A program made the translations under genes and the position numbers. Shown in pieces: positions 38,947 through 49,573 of a stretch of DNA of 64,000 nucleotides. The stretch is taken from assembly GCA_964561085.1 (NCBI GenBank), contig CAZLNP010000005.1, positions 3,151-67,150 on the forward strand, in the 5' to 3' direction. The notes beneath the pieces were generated by a model. It made no database searches. It was not told the DNA's origin and saw nothing but the letters and a program-made list of their open reading frames with translations. Source of the DNA: an uncultured Candidatus Saccharibacteria bacterium (GTDB lineage Bacteria; Patescibacteriota; Doudnabacteria; UBA920). Positions within the stretch are counted from its first letter, which is position 1. The number at the start of each line of letters is the position of its first letter.

Positions 38947-39324
38947 ATGCAAACACTTTTAGCGCAAAAAATCGCTCAGAATAATAAAAACGTTAATGCT
39001 AAACCAGCTGCAAATACGAATGCGATCAATACCAACAAGAGTACACCTAAAGCGTCTACTGAGGTCGAAATAGCTAAAATAACCAACCCATTCCCTGTAT
39101 CAACATTACCAGGTGTGTTTAATCAGATTATCTATATTATTTTGGCACTAATAGTAATGGCCGCAGTTGTGGTAATTATAATCTCAGGTTTTCGCATGCT
39201 AACCGGAGGTAATAACCCAGATCAGTTAAAGAAGGCTAAGAAGGGAATAGTCTGGGCCATTATTGGTTTGGTCGTAGCCTTTATGTCTTTCGCAATTGTT
39301 ACAATTATTCAGAGAATTCTCTAA
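38947..39324 (+). CDS. T4SS pilin-like protein 2
   Basis: NP...IIISGFRMLTGGNN...KAKKGIVWAIIGL. Confidence 0.8.
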   Translation: MQTLLAQKIAQNNKNVNAKPAANTNAINTNKSTPKASTEVEIAKITNPFPVSTLPGVFNQIIYIILALIVMAAVVVIIISGFRMLTGGNNPDQLKKAKKGIVWAIIGLVVAFMSFAIVTIIQRIL

Positions 39325-39328
39325 AACG

Positions 39329-40264
39329 ATGAATTTTAATTTAAAGTTAAAACTATATAATTTCTCAGTTGCTACGGCTTTGTTTATCTTTGTTTCGTCA
39401 GTATTTGGCGCAACACTTTTCTTTCAGCCTTTAATTACAAATGCTGCAACGGAAATTCCTGACGAGTTTAAAAAATGTATTCCTATCGTTAATAGTTTTT
39501 CTACAACTCCTGCAAAAGTCACTAAGAGAGATCAAAGTGTAAAGATGACGGTGACAGTTAGGACTCTGGGATGTATTATCGGAAACGTAAATGGAAAATC
39601 TCCAATGTGGAATGTTTTTGCTGAGGTGAAAGATGAGACAGGTAAAAGCGATGGAGGATTCGTTTTTCCATCGACCACCACATACATGAGCGGTGCAGAT
39701 TTCAAACAAGTAAATAAAAACGCTCAACACCCCGACTTTAATAAATATGATGCAACTTATACACGAACAGTTACTAATTTATTCGAAAATCTAAATGGCA
39801 ATACTCTTACCATTAGTCCGAACCTGCGTTGGGATGATTTTACACAGGTGGTAAACACTGGACTAGCAAAAAAAGTTACCGCCGGTGGAGCCGCTGTTAG
39901 TAATACGAATGCTAACGCTAACGCTAATACAAACACTGGAAACCCGAATGAGAACATTAATACAGACGTTAGTAGTAAATTTGATAAAGGGCTTGATGAA
40001 AAGATTGGTGACTTTTGGAATCCTCTTGAGAGAGACACCCTCCCAGAGTTGTTAGCAACTATTTTGAGAATTCTTTTTGCTCTAATTGGTATGGTAGCTG
40101 TGATTATTATCATCATTTCAGGATTCAGAATGGTGTTAGCAAGTGGCAATGAAACCGAGTTAACAAAAGCAAAGGCTGCAATCACTTGGGCGATAGTAGG
40201 GTTGATAGTTTCGCTAATGGCATTTAGTATCGTTGCAATTATCCAAAGATTAATCCAAGGATAA
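39329..40264 (+). CDS. T4SS pilin-like protein 3 with large N-terminal extracellular domain
   Basis: Signal peptide; C-terminal IIISGFRMVLASGN...KAKAAITWAIVGL. Confidence 0.8.
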   Translation: MNFNLKLKLYNFSVATALFIFVSSVFGATLFFQPLITNAATEIPDEFKKCIPIVNSFSTTPAKVTKRDQSVKMTVTVRTLGCIIGNVNGKSPMWNVFAEVKDETGKSDGGFVFPSTTTYMSGADFKQVNKNAQHPDFNKYDATYTRTVTNLFENLNGNTLTISPNLRWDDFTQVVNTGLAKKVTAGGAAVSNTNANANANTNTGNPNENINTDVSSKFDKGLDEKIGDFWNPLERDTLPELLATILRILFALIGMVAVIIIIISGFRMVLASGNETELTKAKAAITWAIVGLIVSLMAFSIVAIIQRLIQG

Positions 40265-40285
40265 GTAAAATAAATTTTAAAGTAA

Positions 40286-40702
40286 ATGAAAAGTATAAAA
40301 AAAATATTTGCAGTATTAGGCGTCATAGTTTTCGCGTTTGGCGGTCTGTTAGTGTCTAGTGGAGTTAATGTTGCTACCGCGGCAGGTGACCCTTGTGCGG
40401 ATCTAGCAAAGCAAATCTCTGGAAGTGGTTTTGATGTAAAAAGCCAACTGCCGGTCTACTGTACTACTGAGTCTATCTACAACAAAATCTTATTTGGTGC
40501 CTTGTATGCGGTAGGAATTGTGGCAGTTATTATGATTATCTATGGTGGCTACATGTATATGACCGCTCAATCTAACGAGGATCAGAGGAAAAAGGGTCGC
40601 GATATTCTTACTTGGGCTGTGCTAGGTTTAGTAGTTGTTGTGCTCGCAGTGTTGCTCGTAAACGTAGTTGTGAACTTGGTTGTTGAAAACCGGTTTGTGT
40701 AA
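40286..40702 (+). CDS. T4SS pilin-like protein 4
   Basis: IIYGGYMYMTA...KKGRDILTWAVLGL. Confidence 0.8.
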   Translation: MKSIKKIFAVLGVIVFAFGGLLVSSGVNVATAAGDPCADLAKQISGSGFDVKSQLPVYCTTESIYNKILFGALYAVGIVAVIMIIYGGYMYMTAQSNEDQRKKGRDILTWAVLGLVVVVLAVLLVNVVVNLVVENRFV

Positions 40703-40823
40703 TTCCCTAGATATAGTAGAATATAAGTACGTTACTCTTATATAAGAACCTGTTCGAGATTCGCTTTAGGTTCGCCGGCGGATCTTTACCAGCTTCATCC
40801 TCATCCGAAAGGTGGTGAAAAAA

Positions 40824-41240
40824 TTGAAACAAACGTTGCAAAAACTTAATTGGTTAAACATTGCTCAACTTGTGTTCGTTCTATTGGTTGCTTTAGCTCC
40901 AGTATACGTTCCTCAAGTAGCAAAAGCTGGCTTGGTAGATACTTTTGTAAACAACTGTCCTGTTGATACTGGAGTTCGTTGTTCAGAAGGCAGCATTGCT
41001 GCTATCTTCCGTCTTATTATCAACTGGGCTCTAGCGATTGCGTTTATCGCAGCTGTTATCATGTTGATTTACGGTGGTTTCCTTTACATCACGTCAGCAG
41101 GAAACACAGATAATGCTACTAAAGGTAAGACAGCCATTACCAATGCTCTAGTCGGTGTCGTAATCATCGTACTTTCTTACATTATTGTTCAAATCGTGTA
41201 CAGATTCGTATCTGGTGGAAGCGGCTCTACTGGTATATAA
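40824..41240 (+). CDS. T4SS pilin-like protein 5 (candidate major subunit)
   Basis: LIYGGFLYITSAGN...KGKTAITNALVG; own leader with AAGGTGGTGA SD before TTG; hairpin immediately downstream. Confidence 0.8.
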   Translation: MKQTLQKLNWLNIAQLVFVLLVALAPVYVPQVAKAGLVDTFVNNCPVDTGVRCSEGSIAAIFRLIINWALAIAFIAAVIMLIYGGFLYITSAGNTDNATKGKTAITNALVGVVIIVLSYIIVQIVYRFVSGGSGSTGI

Positions 41241-41336
41241 CAATTCTCCCGCATTTAATTTTAAAATGCGGGATAGCTCTGGGAACAAAATTAGACTTCC
41301 CAAAATTTTGTCTCCGGAGTTATTTAATAAAAAAAT

Positions 41337-41738
41337 ATGAAACAAAAAATTTCTTTATTCTTTCTTGGTGGATTAGTCTCAGTGATGGCACTTTTCGCCT
41401 TTGTCCCTAGCGCTACACCTGCTTACGCTCAGAATTCAGATTGTACCACTGATTGTGTACAGAGTGGCTTAACTGACATCCAGGATGCGTTTCCCAATAA
41501 AACCCAAAAGACTCTACCTGAGCTGGTTAAATTAGTAATTAACTGGGCGCTGTACTTGTCTGCTATCATCGCGGTAATCTTTATAATCATTGGTGGATTT
41601 ATGTACATTACTTCTGCTGGTGACCCTGGCAAGGCAAGCAAAGGACGCACTACTTTAGTAAACGCTTTAATTGGTTTAACTATAATTGTCCTTTCCTACT
41701 TGATCGTTCAAATTCTTTACGACTTCCTAACCTCTTAA
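41337..41738 (+). CDS. T4SS pilin-like protein 6
   Basis: IIIGGFMYITSAGD...KGRTTLVNALIGL. Confidence 0.8.
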   Translation: MKQKISLFFLGGLVSVMALFAFVPSATPAYAQNSDCTTDCVQSGLTDIQDAFPNKTQKTLPELVKLVINWALYLSAIIAVIFIIIGGFMYITSAGDPGKASKGRTTLVNALIGLTIIVLSYLIVQILYDFLTS

Positions 41739-41757
41739 GTTTAGGAATTAAAACAAA

Positions 41758-42573
41758 GTGAATATTTCTTTAAACCAAAATTTTTTACCAAAGATACTTC
41801 TCGCCATGCTTGTATTATTTAGCATGGCGCTCTTTGTTGTTCCAGTGAATGAGGTTGATGCTCAAGTAGTTAATACATACGCTTGCTTTAATCCAACTAC
41901 TAATACATTAACAGCTGCATCTGCAACGACAACTTGTCCTGCAGGATCCAATAGAGTCTTTGCTGATTCTAGGATGAATGGGTTCTGTCTTGCGAAGGAA
42001 AATGGAGTTAATACAGCTAAGGCCCCGTGGCCAGATTCAGCAGGCACAGGACCAAGTTTAGATTTCCTTGGTAAATCTTGTTTAGAAAAAGATGGTAGTG
42101 CAACCCGCGGAACCTTCACTCCTTTCCCAAAAGGCTCAACGACGCCAGTAACACCCACTAATACTAATACGGGAAATAATACTAACACTACTAAAAATAC
42201 AAACGGCACTACTGGCGGAGGAGTGGGTGGAGGAACCCAAAACCCTACCAGTAAAGGTGATTGTGAAGATAAATTCCACAAGGTAGGACCATTATGTGTG
42301 CCTAATAATCCTTTCAATAACAGTTCAATCGCTGGGGGTAACGCAACCGCGACTAGTTTGGCGCTAAGAATTATTCGCATTATGCTTTACTTTGCTGCAA
42401 TAGTCGCAGTGATCATGGCAATTATTGGCGGGTACCAGGTAATGACGGCTGGTGGAAACCCTACTCAGGCAGCTAGCGGACGCAAGACTCTAACAAACGC
42501 AGTGATTGGTTTAGCCATAATTCTATTAGCTTTTGTCATAGTTCAAGTCTTGGTAAACTTCATTACTAAATAG
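41758..42573 (+). CDS. T4SS pilin-like protein 7 with Cys-containing N-terminal domain
   Basis: IIGGYQVMTAGGN...GRKTLTNAVIGL. Confidence 0.8.
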   Translation: MNISLNQNFLPKILLAMLVLFSMALFVVPVNEVDAQVVNTYACFNPTTNTLTAASATTTCPAGSNRVFADSRMNGFCLAKENGVNTAKAPWPDSAGTGPSLDFLGKSCLEKDGSATRGTFTPFPKGSTTPVTPTNTNTGNNTNTTKNTNGTTGGGVGGGTQNPTSKGDCEDKFHKVGPLCVPNNPFNNSSIAGGNATATSLALRIIRIMLYFAAIVAVIMAIIGGYQVMTAGGNPTQAASGRKTLTNAVIGLAIILLAFVIVQVLVNFITK

Positions 42574-42691
42574 TGCAAAATTATACTATTTTCAGCACTT
42601 CACATTCTCTAAAATATGTCGTATAATAAGGAACCAGAGCAATCTGGTTCTTTTTTAGAAGACTAGCTATTATTAGCTAGATATCACTCTT

Positions 42692-42778
42692 GCCGGAGTG
42701 GCGAAATTGGCAGACGCACCAGCCTTAGGAGCTGGCGGGGGCAACCCTGTGGAGGTTCAAGTCCTCTCTCCGGCACCA
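42692..42778 (+). tRNA. tRNA-Leu(TAG)
   Basis: GCCGGAG...CCAGC-CTTAGGA-GCTGG, long variable arm, CTCCGGCACCA. Confidence 0.95.
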
Positions 42779-42826
42779 GCGTCCTATTTTTTTCAAAATT
42801 GGGCGCATCATTAATATATATTTTCC

Positions 42827-44749
42827 ATGGGCAAGATTGTAAAAAATATTATTTTAGTCCTAATCGGATTTTTAATTATCTCAGTAATCGTTGCTTCATT
42901 TACTACTAGCAAAGAAGTAAAATCTGTCCCTCTATCAGAAGTTTCTAGTTTAATAAAAGATGATAAAGTAGAAAGCATCGAAGTTAACTCAGATTCGATT
43001 CAAACTAAACTTAAAGATAGCGACAGTAAACTAAAGTCTACTATCGGTGCTCGCACAGATATTCCGAAATACTTTATAGACTCTGGCGTACCTGAAGAAA
43101 AAATCAGCAACATCAAAATTGAATTTAATACTCCTGGCACAGCTAGCCAAGTAGCTGGTGCAATTTTGCCATTCCTGATTCCCTTCGTCTTAATCGCGTT
43201 GTTCATATATTTCTTAATGCGCCAAGTTCAAGGTTCTAACAATCGCGCATTAACTTTTGGACAAAGTTCTGTAAAGCTAAATGATGAACAAAAAAATAAA
43301 GTTCGCTTTGATGATGTAGCTGGTGCAAAGGAAGCGAAAGAAGAACTTTCTGAAATTGTTCAGTTCTTACGTTTCCCTCAAAAGTTTTTAGCGCTTGGTG
43401 CAAAGATCCCTAAAGGTGTTTTACTTCTAGGTAGCCCGGGTGTTGGTAAGACCATGCTTGCTCGTGCAGTTGCAGGAGAAGCGAATGTACCTTTCTTCCA
43501 CATCTCTGGATCTGAATTCGTAGAAATGTTTGTGGGTGTTGGTGCAAGTCGTGTTCGTGATTTGTTCAAGAAAGCAAAACGTAATGCGCCTTGTATTGTT
43601 TTTATCGATGAAATTGATGCCGTTGGTCGTCAGCGTGGTGCTGGTGTCGGTGGCGGTCACGATGAACGTGAACAAACCTTAAACCAAATCTTAGTAGAGA
43701 TGGACGGTTTCGAAACAGATACTAATGTAATTGTTGTTGCGGCTACAAACCGCCCTGATGTTCTAGATCCAGCTTTGCTTCGTCCTGGCCGTTTTGACAG
43801 ACAAGTAATTCTAGACCTTCCAGATATTAACGATCGAGAAGCGATCCTGAAAATTCACAGTAAGAATAAACCTTTTGCTGAAGGCGTTGACCTAAGAAAG
43901 ATTGCAGAGCGCACCCCAGGTTTCTCCGGTGCAGATTTGGCTAACTTGGTTAACGAAGGTGCAATTTTGGCAGCCCGTACAGATAAAAAACAAATTGATG
44001 GTGGCGACTTAAAAGAAGCTATTGAAAAGATCATTGTGGGTCCTTCACGAAAGAGTCACCTAATGAGTGCTGATGAAAAGAAGGTTACTGCCTATCATGA
44101 AGGTGGACATGCCTTGGTTGGCTCTGTATTGCCTGAATCCGACCCAGTTCACAAAGTGACTATTCTATCTCGAGGACGCGCATTAGGTTACACCATGAAG
44201 CTTCCAACAGAAGATAAGCACATGAGCACCAAGGGCGCTTTCCTAGATGAAATTGCTGCACTAATTGGTGGCTACGCTGCTGAGAAATTAATCTTCGGTC
44301 GCTTAACTACTGGTGCTAGCAATGATTTGAAGGTTGCTACAAATATGGCGCGCAAGTTAATTACACAGTACGGAATGAGTGAAGCGTTTGGCCCAGTTGT
44401 TTTAGGCGAACAGCATGAAAACGTATTCCTTGGTCGCGATATGGGTGAACAGAAGAATTACAGTGAAGATACAGCTCAGAAAATTGATGCAGAGGTCCGT
44501 CGCATTATGACTGAAGGTGAAGCTCGTGCTACTCAAATTTTGACTCAGCACAGAACCTATCTAGATACTATTGCTGATCGTTTGCTAAAAGAAGAAACTT
44601 TGGAACAAGAAGAGTTTACAGAAATTGTAAAAGATCTTATTCCTGCAAATAAGAAGAGGCTTCCAGAATTTGATAAAGTTGCTCCAGATAATTCTGCTGA
44701 TGGAATGAACATTCCTCAAGAGCCAATTACTCCTCCTGCCCAAGCCTAG
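42827..44749 (+). CDS. ftsH: ATP-dependent zinc metalloprotease FtsH
   Basis: [30 protein letters not shown]. Confidence 0.98.
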   Translation: MGKIVKNIILVLIGFLIISVIVASFTTSKEVKSVPLSEVSSLIKDDKVESIEVNSDSIQTKLKDSDSKLKSTIGARTDIPKYFIDSGVPEEKISNIKIEFNTPGTASQVAGAILPFLIPFVLIALFIYFLMRQVQGSNNRALTFGQSSVKLNDEQKNKVRFDDVAGAKEAKEELSEIVQFLRFPQKFLALGAKIPKGVLLLGSPGVGKTMLARAVAGEANVPFFHISGSEFVEMFVGVGASRVRDLFKKAKRNAPCIVFIDEIDAVGRQRGAGVGGGHDEREQTLNQILVEMDGFETDTNVIVVAATNRPDVLDPALLRPGRFDRQVILDLPDINDREAILKIHSKNKPFAEGVDLRKIAERTPGFSGADLANLVNEGAILAARTDKKQIDGGDLKEAIEKIIVGPSRKSHLMSADEKKVTAYHEGGHALVGSVLPESDPVHKVTILSRGRALGYTMKLPTEDKHMSTKGAFLDEIAALIGGYAAEKLIFGRLTTGASNDLKVATNMARKLITQYGMSEAFGPVVLGEQHENVFLGRDMGEQKNYSEDTAQKIDAEVRRIMTEGEARATQILTQHRTYLDTIADRLLKEETLEQEEFTEIVKDLIPANKKRLPEFDKVAPDNSADGMNIPQEPITPPAQA

Positions 44750-44770
44750 CTGAAAATTAAAACTAAAGTG

Positions 44771-45655
44771 ATGAGTTACAAAGAGGTTTTATCTCAAGCC
44801 TACGCACTAACTATCCGCAATCCACTGCTATGGATATTCGGAATAGTTATGCTCGGGGGATTTAACCTCTTTTTGATTAACTTTTTTTCGTTAATCCCTG
44901 GTGGACAATGGAAAGTTTGGCCAACTCACTTTGAGAATATGTTTGATTCCTCAATCTTAAGCTGGCTGACTTTTTTAGTAGCAGTTGTGATAATATTTAC
45001 AGCTTTAAATTTTGTTAAGATAGTTTTTATTGTAATAGTTCACGGGCTAATTCATGCAAAATTACAAAATGAGTGTATGTTATGTACAAAGTTGTCTACC
45101 GATGAAGAATCTCAAAAACCACTACCGTATTTACTCTGGCTAGTAAATGTTGTAATTGCTAGCGCCTTCACTATTCTTCTAACATTGGGCATAACTTTAG
45201 CTGCTAACTCAGTACTAAGGTCTCAGGGGTATGATAGTCCTGGTGCAATAGTCGTTAACCTTTTGTTTATTGCAGTTTTAACTTGTGCTATTGGGACTTG
45301 GAATATTTTCACAAACTATTTTATAATTTGGCACGGACTCAAATTTTCTGCAGCATCGGCGGCGGCAATTGACTTAATAGTTAAGCGTGCCAGGATTATC
45401 ATGGAGTTTGTTATATTACTCTCGTTAGTTTATTCATTGTCCGTAGCGGTTGGCAATATTCTCATTCAAACTTGGCATTCCGAATTGTTGATGGGCACGA
45501 TGCCGGCAATAAGACTCATCTTTTTGATTGTTCCTATTATCTGGTTCGCGATTAACAACGCTTTTTTTAATGTCGCTTTTCTTATATTTTTTGATAGAAT
45601 AGTTAAAGCTATTCCTAGTGAAAAATCACAGCCATCTATTTATCCCGCTGCGTAG
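44771..45655 (+). CDS. Multi-pass membrane protein
   Basis: Several hydrophobic helices; LWIFG motif. Confidence 0.7.
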   Translation: MSYKEVLSQAYALTIRNPLLWIFGIVMLGGFNLFLINFFSLIPGGQWKVWPTHFENMFDSSILSWLTFLVAVVIIFTALNFVKIVFIVIVHGLIHAKLQNECMLCTKLSTDEESQKPLPYLLWLVNVVIASAFTILLTLGITLAANSVLRSQGYDSPGAIVVNLLFIAVLTCAIGTWNIFTNYFIIWHGLKFSAASAAAIDLIVKRARIIMEFVILLSLVYSLSVAVGNILIQTWHSELLMGTMPAIRLIFLIVPIIWFAINNAFFNVAFLIFFDRIVKAIPSEKSQPSIYPAA

Positions 45656-45715
45656 TATTATGGACAATTAAGCAGAAATGAATTAAACTAGGATTGTTTT
45701 GAAAACAAATTTTTT

Positions 45716-45791
45716 GGGCGGTTAGCTCAGTTGGTAGAGCGTCTCATTGACGTTGAGAAGGTCACAGGTTCGACTCCTGTACCGCCCACCA
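45716..45791 (+). tRNA. tRNA-Val(GAC)
   Basis: GGGCGGT...TCTCA-TTGACGT-TGAGA...ACCGCCCACCA. Confidence 0.95.
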
Positions 45792-45815
45792 TTTACACCT
45801 TCGGGTAAATTAATT

Positions 45816-45884
45816 GCAAGGGTTGGGAACGTTGCATCAAGTGGTAAAACCCATTCGACTTGATTCGAGGTTCGTGATTCTTGC
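45816..45884 (+). promoter_or_regulatory. 27-bp leader hairpin upstream of rnc (rncO-like)
   Basis: GCAAGGGTTGGGAACGTTGCATCAAGT pairs with ACTTGATTCGAGGTTCGTGATTCTTGC; 3 mismatches, several G-U pairs. Confidence 0.7.
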
Positions 45885-45900
45885 TATAAGCGAGAGAAAT

Positions 45901-46596
45901 ATGTCAGCAATAAAAAAAGATGATGTCACTAAATTAATAGGACAAGCACCGAAGAATTTAGATTTGTACATTTCAGCATTTACGCATCGTTCTTATTTGA
46001 ACGAAAACCGGGATTTCCATTTGCCTCACAATGAGCGCTTGGAATTTTTGGGTGATGCTGTATTGGAATTAATCTCCACTGAGTTTTTGTACAAAACTTA
46101 TGATCATCCGGAAGGTGAGCTTACTAACTTCCGAAGCGCGTTGGTTAACTACAAAATGTTGTCAGAAATTGCTGCCCGTTTGGGCTTTGAGCAATTTTTA
46201 TTAATGTCGCGTGGGGAAGCAAAAGATACTGGTCGTGCTCGCCAAGTAATTTTAGCTAACTGTATTGAAGCATTCATTGGGGCTGTGTATTTAGATTTGG
46301 GTTATGATGTGACCGCCGAATTCATCAAGAAAGAAGTTTTAGTTGAGTTGAAGCAAATCATCACCGATGGCTCTTACATGGATCCAAAGTCTAAATTGCA
46401 AGAGTTGGTGCAAGAGAAGCATGGTATTACTCCAACCTACGGAGTAGTTTCAGAAAGTGGACCTGACCACGATAAAATTTTTGTTGTTGCTAGTTATATG
46501 GCACAGAAAGAAATTGGTAGAGGTGAAGGACCGAGCAAGCAAGAAGGGGAAATTGCGGCAGCGGCAAATGCTTTAGAGAATATGGGAGTTAAATAA
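45901..46596 (+). CDS. rnc: Ribonuclease III
   Basis: NERLEFLGDAVL signature; dsRBD DPKSKLQE...GPDH; ATG 45901 preferred. Confidence 0.97.
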   Translation: MSAIKKDDVTKLIGQAPKNLDLYISAFTHRSYLNENRDFHLPHNERLEFLGDAVLELISTEFLYKTYDHPEGELTNFRSALVNYKMLSEIAARLGFEQFLLMSRGEAKDTGRARQVILANCIEAFIGAVYLDLGYDVTAEFIKKEVLVELKQIITDGSYMDPKSKLQELVQEKHGITPTYGVVSESGPDHDKIFVVASYMAQKEIGRGEGPSKQEGEIAAAANALENMGVK

Positions 46597-46814
46597 AATG
46601 ACAAATAAAATTGAGAGTGGGGGCTTTAACCCAGAATCAAATCAAGAAGAATTAGAAATTGACTAGTGGGGATAACTCGCGTTGACCGCCTAAGTAGCGA
46701 ATGTTATATTTGAGACACGAGATAATCTCCGAGTAACCAAACAAAGACAAAGATATCAGAAACGACTTCCTCATAAAGGGGAGGTCGTTTTTGTATGTTA
46801 TAATTATTAAAGTT

Positions 46815-49442
46815 ATGTATCTTAAACGACTTGAAACACAAGGGTTTAAATCATTCGCCAAGAAAACAGTTTTGGAGTTTGAAACCGGAATAACCGCCAT
46901 CGTGGGCCCAAACGGCAGTGGAAAATCTAACACTGCTGATTCTTTGCGTTGGGTTTTAGGAGAACAAAGTTCTAAGTTAATGCGCGGTAAAAAAAGCGAA
47001 GACGTAATCTTCGCCGGCTCAGACAAGAAAGCGCGTTCCGGCTTTGCGGAAGTAATCGCTACTTTCGACAACCGTGACCACAAAATTCCAATCGACTCTG
47101 CAGAGGTAAGCATCGGTCGTCGTATTTCACGTAGTGGTGAAAGTGAATATCTAATTAACGGCACTAAAGTTCGTTTGTTAGATATTGTTGACTTAGTTTT
47201 GAAATCAAATATCGGAACCTCCCGCTACACAGTTATTGGCCAGGGTACTATTGATCAAATGATTTTAGCTGGCCCACAAGAAATTAAAAATTTAATTGAT
47301 GAAGCTTCTGGTGTAAAAACATATTACATCAAACGGGACAGAACGCTTCGTCGCTTAGAACAGACTGCACAGAATTTGATGCGCGCTGAAGATTTGCTTC
47401 GCGAACTAGAGCCTCGTGTAAAATCACTTCGTCGCCAAGCAAAAAGAATGGAAGCCCGTGAAGTTATCGAGGTTGATTTAAAAGCTTTCCAAAAAGAATA
47501 TTTAGGATCGCAGTGGTGGACTTTGAAAGACTCGATTGATGGATTGCAAAAACAGTTAGGTGATTTACACTTACAACGTTCCCAGGTAGAGAACGTGATG
47601 GCTGCCCACTTGCAAAAAATAGAGCAGCACGAAAAAGAGAATGAACAAGCCTTGGGTGATTACAAACACGTTCAAGAAAAATTGCAGAAGCTTCAAGCGG
47701 AAAAGAATAGTTTGCTTGAACAAGTCAGTTTGATTCGTGGCAAAATGGCTAGTCAAAAAACAGGTGCTGGAGACAGTAATACTCTTCAAATTGATAGTCA
47801 TACCTTAGAGCAAAAAATTATTGAAATTGAAACTCAGCTAGCAGCTAGCGAAGCACAGCACAAGCAAGCAATTGAGCAGGCTACAAACCAAGAACAGGCT
47901 CTATCTGTTGTGAATGCACAATTAACAGAGTTGTATACTGCTTTGAGCAATCCGGCTGGAAGTGATTGGGCAGCCATAGAAGAACAGCTAACCACTCTAG
48001 ATAACACCTTTGCTCAGTTCGCTCGTATACTGGAAGATACAGATGATATTGGTCAAATTCGCAATGCTACTGCTGGTGTAATGCACGCATGGAAAGAGTT
48101 CAAAACTATTGCTGGTGAAGCAGCAAAGCACCCTGACTATAACAATAAACTTCAAGCGCAACTTCAAGAGCTAACCGCTCAAAAAGATAAGCTTGCTGCA
48201 GATCAAAATGTTTTGACTATGACCGCTTCTAAGGCCGCTATGACAAAAGATTTTTTGGCTGGGCAATTGGCCTCCCTTCAAAACGAAAAGTTGCATATTG
48301 ATTTGGAATTAAAGAAGGTATCAAGCGGGGGTAATCAGGATGATTATATTAAAGAGTTAGTTGCTGAGGAAAACAAGGTTCAAGAAAAAGTTGCAGCACT
48401 TACAGAACAAATTTCCACAATGGAATCTCAGATGCAAAGTTTTTATGATGCAGAGTCGAATTGGAAATCTGCAATCTCTGAGGAAGATAAGCGTTTCCGT
48501 TCACAACAAACTGAACTTGATCGTATTCGTGATAACGAAGCAAAAGTCCAAGTTGAAAAAGCTAAGTATGAAACTCAGTCTGACGCAATCGTTTCCGACA
48601 TTGTTGCTCAGCTAGGCAGTGAAATTTTAGATAAAATTCAAGCTCATCCAATTAAGAAAGAAACAGAAGGATTAACAGAAAAGATTAACAAGTTACAACA
48701 TCAGCTAAGTTTGATTGGTGGAGTAGATGAGTTAACACTTCAGGAATATCATGAGACCGAAAATCGTTATTCTACTTTAGAAAACCAAGTTTTGGATTTA
48801 AAGAAGAGCATGAACGATTTGCGTGAAGTAATGGATGAACTAGACGAACATATTAAAACTAAATTTAACGAATCTTTCCACAAAGTTAACACACAGTTTG
48901 AGCAGTACTTTAGAATGTTGTTTAATGGTGGCCGTGCGTACTTATCACTTGTAAAATCTAGTGAAGACAAAACTGAAGCCGAGACTGAATTAGAAGCTGA
49001 AGATGCTAAAGAAGCAGCTGAAGAAAAAGATGGTATGCGCCCAGAAGAGAAAATCATTGCAAAGTACGAAAAGGGTAGCTTGGCAGTGGCTGGTGTAGAA
49101 ATTCGTGCCACACCACCAAATAAAAAACTCTCAGCAATTCAATCACTTTCCGGTGGAGAACGCTCGCTAACTTCAATCGCGCTTCTATGTAGTTTGTTAA
49201 CATGCTTCCCATCACCATTCGTTGTGCTAGATGAGGTTGATGCTGCACTTGATGAAGCCAATACTATCCGTTTTGGACAAATCTTGGGCAAGCTGTCTCA
49301 TCAAACCCAGTTCATCACCATTACCCATAATCGCGAGACTATGTCGCAGGCGAATATTATTTACGGTGTGACTATGGGCGATGATGGCATCTCTCAACTA
49401 CTTTCCATCAAGATGGATCAGGCGAAAACTTACGCGAAATAG
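46815..49442 (+). CDS. smc: Chromosome segregation SMC family ATPase (short form)
   Basis: GFKSF, GPNGSGKSN, LSGGE, LDEVDAALD; rnc-smc synteny. Confidence 0.9.
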   Translation: MYLKRLETQGFKSFAKKTVLEFETGITAIVGPNGSGKSNTADSLRWVLGEQSSKLMRGKKSEDVIFAGSDKKARSGFAEVIATFDNRDHKIPIDSAEVSIGRRISRSGESEYLINGTKVRLLDIVDLVLKSNIGTSRYTVIGQGTIDQMILAGPQEIKNLIDEASGVKTYYIKRDRTLRRLEQTAQNLMRAEDLLRELEPRVKSLRRQAKRMEAREVIEVDLKAFQKEYLGSQWWTLKDSIDGLQKQLGDLHLQRSQVENVMAAHLQKIEQHEKENEQALGDYKHVQEKLQKLQAEKNSLLEQVSLIRGKMASQKTGAGDSNTLQIDSHTLEQKIIEIETQLAASEAQHKQAIEQATNQEQALSVVNAQLTELYTALSNPAGSDWAAIEEQLTTLDNTFAQFARILEDTDDIGQIRNATAGVMHAWKEFKTIAGEAAKHPDYNNKLQAQLQELTAQKDKLAADQNVLTMTASKAAMTKDFLAGQLASLQNEKLHIDLELKKVSSGGNQDDYIKELVAEENKVQEKVAALTEQISTMESQMQSFYDAESNWKSAISEEDKRFRSQQTELDRIRDNEAKVQVEKAKYETQSDAIVSDIVAQLGSEILDKIQAHPIKKETEGLTEKINKLQHQLSLIGGVDELTLQEYHETENRYSTLENQVLDLKKSMNDLREVMDELDEHIKTKFNESFHKVNTQFEQYFRMLFNGGRAYLSLVKSSEDKTEAETELEAEDAKEAAEEKDGMRPEEKIIAKYEKGSLAVAGVEIRATPPNKKLSAIQSLSGGERSLTSIALLCSLLTCFPSPFVVLDEVDAALDEANTIRFGQILGKLSHQTQFITITHNRETMSQANIIYGVTMGDDGISQLLSIKMDQAKTYAK

Positions 49443-49573
49443 GCGCAAAGCCTTCAAATTAACAACCTTGACTAAAAGGGCTTCTGGTGGTAAACTATGG
49501 AAGTCCTTTTTATCTTTGAGACCGTCAAACTCAATAGATAAAACAATTTTATAGATCAATTTAAGTTATTTAA

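Noticed and set aside
46598-46790. Short ORF MTNKIESGGFNPESNQEELEID between rnc and smc
   Set aside because: 22 codons; possibly a decayed gene start, with too little evidence to call.
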